The notes beneath the pieces are model-generated. The model saw nothing but the letters and a program-made list of their open reading frames with translations, was not told the origin of the DNA and did not search any database. 64,000 bases of DNA, taken from NCBI GenBank assembly GCA_964016885.1, contig OZ024742.1, positions 116,002,001-116,066,000 of the forward strand, read 5' to 3'. The DNA is from Eledone cirrhosa. Lineage: Eukaryota. Each line of letters opens with the position of its first letter. The stretch's first letter is position 1. This document shows, one piece after another, positions 56,049 through 64,000 of the stretch. The position numbers and the translations under genes are program-made.

Positions 56049-56655
56049 GTATTGTTAACTCTGATACTGGTTCAGTCTAGTTCAACTGGATTGGTCTGTC
56101 CCAGTCATTCATTGAGCAACATCGGTGAAGTTGGCACCCTTAACTCACAGTTGGGTGCGGATGCATTCATGTATATATGTGTGTGTCCGCATGTATCTGT
56201 GTGTTTCTAAATATATTGTTAATAACTCCCTCTGGTCGAGCAATCTTTGAAGTGTGGGGACAGCTGGAAAGCTTCCATTACTCATACTTCTCGCCTCCTT
56301 CACCACCTCTTCTACGGCCTCGATATAAATACCCCCTCCGCCTCCGTGGTATTTTCTTCGGGGTTATAAGAGGCTTAGCTCTGTTTCTCGACCGTTATAT
56401 CGCGTGACTATCTCCCCCTCCGCCTTTTGGGATTCTTTCTCACGTCGTGTAGACGCGTTCTTGAGACTAGTAAAATGAGGTATCCTCTTGATAAGTCGGC
56501 AGACCTCGCAGGGACTCTATATCTTTATGATATATTGTTTTTATTTATGCCACGAAACTACGTAGTCGTGGAAATTAGAAGCAGTTTAGGTATGATACAT
56601 TTTATTACTAATTATATCTAAATGTTTCTTCTCTCTTCATATATATATATATATA

Positions 56656-56750
<95 letters not shown>

Positions 56751-57097
56751 GGAGAGAGAGAGACATTTCGGTGGAGGTTTCGCAGTAATTCTACAACTCA
56801 TGTGATGATAGACTTATTTAATGGTAACCTCATTTAATGATAGTGTGTTGTTAGTCCTCCGAGGAACTGGAAACATAGGCTTCCACTCCCTCGGAGGACT
56901 AATAACAAACACAGGAGCTGGACATATCGATGTATTGACAGAGTGGAACACATTTCAACATGTTTACCTGTCTTTTCCACATTAAATTGTACTGCCTAAA
57001 GAGGTCACAGCCAATAATAGCTGTCACCGAAATATATATAGCAAAGAATTTATAATAAACGAAGCCAAATTTTACATGTTTGACTTACTTATTTTAT

Positions 57098-57157
<60 letters not shown>

Positions 57158-57235
57158 ATGTGTGTGTGTGTGCATATATTCAAGTAAGGAATATACACAC
57201 ACACATATATATATATATGCATACCCATTATTTTC

Positions 57236-57880
57236 GTTACATTCTAGGAAGGAATATGACGTCACTTTCAGCTTATATCTGGAGTCTAAAAGACAACCAC
57301 ACCCAATTTAAGTACCACTGGGAGATCCTAGCTACGGCAGGATCGTATAACGGAAATAGAAGACCAAGTGACCTCTGCGCGGCTGAGGCCCTGGAAATAC
57401 TCTACACCATAGACCACATGTTAAACAAAAAATTGAGGCAATTTCGGCTCGTAAACATAAATTGCACAAAACTTTCCTCTATTACAGCCCCACATTATAG
57501 CCTAACGGATAGTACGATCTATACGTGGATATTTTACGTCTTGATGTTGTAGCTACGTATATGTTGTGTTATACCACTACTTATTTGCATAGGTAAGTAT
57601 ATATTACCTGTATATTTTGTGAAGGGAACGTTTCCACGAACCAATGTATCGTCTTCCTTCCTGTCTGCCTCCGGTTGCAACGTTTTTTGAAATATCCACT
57701 TCTGCGTTTACAGATTGACTTTGTTAGTTTCAGAAGAGCCCGTTAAGGGTTAAAGCAGCGATTCTTTGCTTAAACTTTAATCTGTTATTTTAATAAATAT
57801 TTGCTCTACGGTTTTTATATATTTGATATATATTTATTCTTATCGAGCCCTCTTAGGATTTTAGTCTTCAAATTTATTAT
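57236..57880 (+). mobile_element. Penelope-like GIY-YIG C-terminal fragment + 3' UTR
   Basis: TSLSAYIWSLKD..WEILA..YNG..DLCAAEALEI..LNKK. Degenerate hammerhead at 57726-57776 (CAGAAGA gccc..gggt TAAA). Confidence 0.8.
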
Positions 57881-57886
57881 TATTAC

Positions 57887-57921
<35 letters not shown>

Positions 57922-58056
57922 GTAGATAAATCTACCAAGAGTTTACGGTAGTGTCCAATCCGTATGAAGAACTCAATGTATTCCGGATATCATGGAAAGA
58001 AGAGATGTAATGAAAATCCACTTTCGGTGAAAGATAAACGGTATACAGAGTCAAGA

Positions 58057-58520
<464 letters not shown>

Positions 58521-58928
58521 AGATAATCAAGGGACATTTCGCTGGAGGTTAGGCAGTAACTCTATGAGGTTAAACCGGTTTAAGCAATCCAAAAGCACTT
58601 CAAGTAAGTAGTCTACCACATCTTGTATGTCTACTGCTTGCATCAGTCAACACTTATGTAAATTAATTACGTAGGTCATTGATTTCGTTTGCCAATACTT
58701 GCATTAATTGATCTTGTGGGAGTTATCTCCCATGATAACCGACTTAAGGATTTAATCAAACCCAACACATGAGCTTATTTTAGAGGTGCAAGATCATTTT
58801 AGTGAATGGTAGTTGTTAAGCTAAGCGCATTTAATGATGGACATATATTTTCAGTTAAGGATGAAAGTAGCGATTCTTTGCTTAAAATTTAATCTAACAT
58901 TTTAATAAATATATATATATATATATAT

Positions 58929-58982
<54 letters not shown>

Positions 58983-58987
58983 ACACG

Positions 58988-59047
<60 letters not shown>

Positions 59048-60807
59048 TAAGTTCCTTGCATTGAAAAGCCGACTGAGCTTTAGATTATCTTCGTTATCAA
59101 TGCTTTGTATTTGTATGCGTCTGTGGCAAGTGGTTTGGAATAATATATTTACCACTAAATAGACGATCATTAATTGAAGCAATATACATGACACAGCATA
59201 ATAATAGAACAAACACACAGAGAACATGCTTATTTGAAATCAGAAATAAATACCTGTCTGATGGCGTCTAAATCTAATGATCAAAACTCGAATTCTGGTA
59301 GTAATTCCTGTACCAATCAGGTTACTCCGCCAACAGTAAAGACGCTGCAAGACATGTCAACAAAAATGGCTCCTCAATTGTTCGATCAATCGAAAATCAA
59401 ACAACGTATTAATTAGCATGTACGTAAGTGAGTATTTCGCAAGCACGTTTGTTCTTGACACAATTCGCCACTCAAATCAAAGTCATACAATACGTGATAA
59501 TTACAAATATAATCAATCCAACGGGCTCCTACATATATTCCGCCTAATTAATTCCATTTATTATAATTGTGTCAATGCTATGCTATGGTAATGTTATTCA
59601 CACACAATGACATGCAGTGAGCTCGAACACGGCTTCTCATTGTTACGAGGGAAGCTTCTTAACCACAGGTTTATGCTTACGCTAATATTTTCATTAAAGT
59701 ATGTATAAAAGTAAATCTGTTCTATATATATTAAATGTCAATACTTCACGATGAAACGGCGAAAACCGAAACATTAAAACACAATTATAGAATTGGTATA
59801 AGAATAACTATATTTCTACTTCTACAACACAAGGAATGTATCTCATACCAAAGTTTTTGAAAATACACAAACAAATACGTACACTGCTTATTATTAATCA
59901 CATTATATGATAACTGAAGTATAGCCAAAGGCACTATCAAATATCTTGCTGATACACATTGTAGTTTCGATGTGACAGGTAAATACAATGGTTTTATCGA
60001 CGTTTTAACCGGCATCATCTTTGAGAGAACAGGAAAAGTGGGATCGATCTTGATATTTTCTAGTCTTCCCTGTACTTCATCAGAAAAGGTATGTCCATCT
60101 TTTGACTACGGAGAGATTGGTAGCTTATATATATTTATAGTGTATATAAGTTTGAACAGAGCTAAGCTGATTGTTTGACATAAAAATGCTCTAAACGAAG
60201 TTAATTATATTATTCGCTGCAGGGAGGTTTTTGATTATTTGTCATATAATATAAGGTATACAACAAACAAAGCAATTTAACACTGTTGAAGTTTATGTAT
60301 TCTTAGTCACAAGATAATAAAACCTCCATTGCTAGATATGAGTATTCTTTTTCCAATGAAAAATTTCAGAAGTTTAAGAAACCTATCCGATCGTTCCAAT
60401 TTTTCTTTTTTTTTTCTTTTTCACAAATGCTGACGTACATTTAAGGAGTAATGTCATTGTTGACGTTTCATATTCATTTCATCTTACATATCTATGATTC
60501 AAGGTTGAAGACGTTTGGCCTTGTGGTAAGGGTGTTGGACTAACGATCATAATATCGTAGAGATAGATTACTGGATCAATTAAAGGAGTAAGATTGTCTC
60601 TCAGACGCTTAACGGGCGTTGAGCAAAAAAGTAAACGAGGCGTATATTACATTAACTTTACAATCAACTGTAAACACACTTCAGTGCGTCTGAGCATATG
60701 TTTTAAATACCCTATAAGCTAATAACAGTTCTGTGGAAAGAAGATGAGTATTCCTTTCTTGATGAAAATCACAGAATGCCAGTGGCGGACAGGGTTTAAA
60801 AGTCTTG

Positions 60808-62000
<1,193 letters not shown>

Positions 62001-62026
62001 TGACCTTTGGTCTTTCACACTCACTC

Positions 62027-62135
<109 letters not shown>

Positions 62136-62187
62136 ACGCGCGTGTGTGTGTATCTGTATATATCGATCCATCTATCTAAATATATAT

Positions 62188-62380
62188 TATAGAAGAGCTT
62201 CTACAGGACCAGAACTGTTTCATTCGTGAGAAATCACCAAGAAGCTTCCTGATTATTTCTCACGAATGAAAGAGTTCTAGTCTTGTAGAAGCTCTTCTAT
62301 ATTAAAACTTTTATACTCTGCTATGTATTGAGTACCTTACGTACCCTGGTTACCACCGATTCAACCCGGAATAACTTATA
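62188..62380. mobile_element. Family G insert forming a spacer-less palindrome (centre 62244/62245)
   Basis: 62188-62301 is self-complementary around gaagcttc; both hammerhead cores are mutated. Confidence 0.75.
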
Positions 62381-62387
62381 CATATAT

Positions 62388-62922
62388 ATAATCGAAAGAA
62401 TTGATGAAAGAGAAGCAAGCCGTTAAACATATTTATAAAAATCTCTTACATATGTTTCGCCCAATGGGGCTCATCTGAGGCAATTACATAGGCAAATAAT
62501 GTAATAATGTACCCTGTACGGGTATAATCATAATTTAACATCAGAATGCATTACACTGTGTAGCAAATGACTTTACTCATAATTGAAACTCATACTCATA
62601 CCTTAACACTGCCTCATTAAATCGATTTGACAAACAATAATTAAATTAACCCCTTGTAGCAAGAAATAAATAATTGTTTACTAGCGGTCATTATTCTGAC
62701 AGTTCACTATACTTTACACCGTTTAATTACCTCCCTTAGCGCACAGGGACTTTTTGCTTCACAGAGTAATGCATTCTGATGTTAAAATATGATTATACCC
62801 GTACAGGGTACATTATTAAATGATGTGCCTTTGTAATTGCCTCAGATAAGCCCCATTGGGCGAAACATTTTTATAAATGTGTTTTAACGGCTTGCTTCTC
62901 TTTCATAATTTCTTTCGATTAT
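62388..62922. mobile_element. Fold-back insert (~170-bp arms) with variant hammerhead-like motif
   Basis: 62388-62560 is inverted to 62760-62922. Minus strand: ct CAGATGA gccc catt gggc GAA ACATATGT A ag. Confidence 0.7.
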
Positions 62923-63072
62923 AACTGTTCTGCTTATCTTCGTAAACTAAATGTTAACGCCTTTAATATTTAACCCTTTTTACACAAGCATCGAGCACAT
63001 ATGCACCCGCTTTGGGCAAGTAACACTCTTATACCTCCTCTTTCTAACTTCTTTTACGATACTTTAACTTTT

Positions 63073-63145
<73 letters not shown>

Positions 63146-63154
63146 TACACAAAA

Positions 63155-63193
<39 letters not shown>

Positions 63194-63197
<4 letters not shown>

Positions 63198-64000
63198 GCA
63201 TATGGCCCTTAAAGCGATGAAATGCCTGGGACGGTTGGAGGGTCACTGATGAAGGACTCACTTTTTCATATGAACCACCATTTGCAACGCGCAGCCATCA
63301 TTATTATCATATTTGCACATAATTTTTCTTCTGCTGCTACGCGTCCGTTTCGTTCTTTGTACCTTTTACCCTTTCTCGTTCTTTGTACCTTTTACCCTTT
63401 CTAGCAGTCTCTCTCTCTGTTAGCCTCCTCCTCAACTTTCACTCAACCATTCTCTGTCACTACCTCTCCTCCTCCTCTTTCCTCCTCCTCCTTCAAGTTT
63501 GACCTGTGTGTAATTCTTTTCTCACGCGTTCCTGGTCAAGCTGGTATGGAATTTTTTTCTCTCTCTTTCGTCTGCGACTTCACAAAACTTATGTTTACCG
63601 AATTCGTAGACCAGACCCCTTTTCTTCTTCTTCTTCTTCTTCTTCTTCTTCTTCTTCTTCTTCTTCTTCTTCTTCTTCTTCTTCTTCTTCTTCTTCTTCT
63701 TCTTCTTCTTCTTCTTCTTCTCCCCGTTAGACTTGTGCGAAATTCCTTCCTTGCTCACATTTCAACCAGGTTTGATGGTCTTTTGTCTCTTGTTCACGAT
63801 TTCACCGAGTTTATATTCATAGAGATCTGGGACTTGTCTATTTCTTCTCACTTTCCGTTGCTTAAACCATTTTGTTTGTTACCCTAACGTCCCCTTTATT
63901 TACGTGTCCCAACGACTTTTTTTAGCCGTTGTTCGCACCAACCTGAGGCATATGGCCCTTAAAGCGATGAAATGCCTGGGACGGTCGGAGGGTCACTGAT
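63194..64000. repeat. 750-bp-period direct repeat running off the window, containing (CTT)n at 63622-63721
   Basis: tgaggcatatggcccttaaagcg... at 63194 and 63944 (1 mismatch in 57 bp). Begins at a (TA)n tract. Confidence 0.8.

Noticed and set aside
63210-63260. Type II hammerhead (GAAA...CTGATGA)
   Set aside because: Helix II and III partners do not pair.
63506-63887. Poly-Ser/Lys/Leu ORFs
   Set aside because: Artefacts of the (CTT)n tract.

Overview
AT-rich eukaryotic, repeat-saturated DNA with no recognisable host gene. The (TA)n/(CA)n density and the tRNA-derived SINE families suggest an invertebrate, probably an octopus-like cephalopod (inference only). Nearly all ORFs in the track are microsatellite artefacts. 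Real coding remnants are: a decayed autonomous Helitron (Rep + PIF1 helicase, ~22.7-29.96 kb); one near-full-length and five truncated Penelope-like elements (RT/thumb/GIY-YIG); L1/Tx1-like LINE fragments; and R4/Dong-like LINE fragments. There are also two non-autonomous Helitrons, SINEs and MITEs. The main unexplained signal: many short inserts between (TA)n tracts carry a type I hammerhead ribozyme (CUGANGA...GAAA-helix III-NUH, helix III usually palindromic). I read at least 11 distinct families and more than 20 core-intact copies. They include a 311-bp x6 near-identical tandem array with an inverted block, and a 469-bp tandem with an inverted block. The reading is a microsatellite-associated, retrozyme-like / Penelope pseudo-LTR system. 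All structures were read by eye and none were computed.
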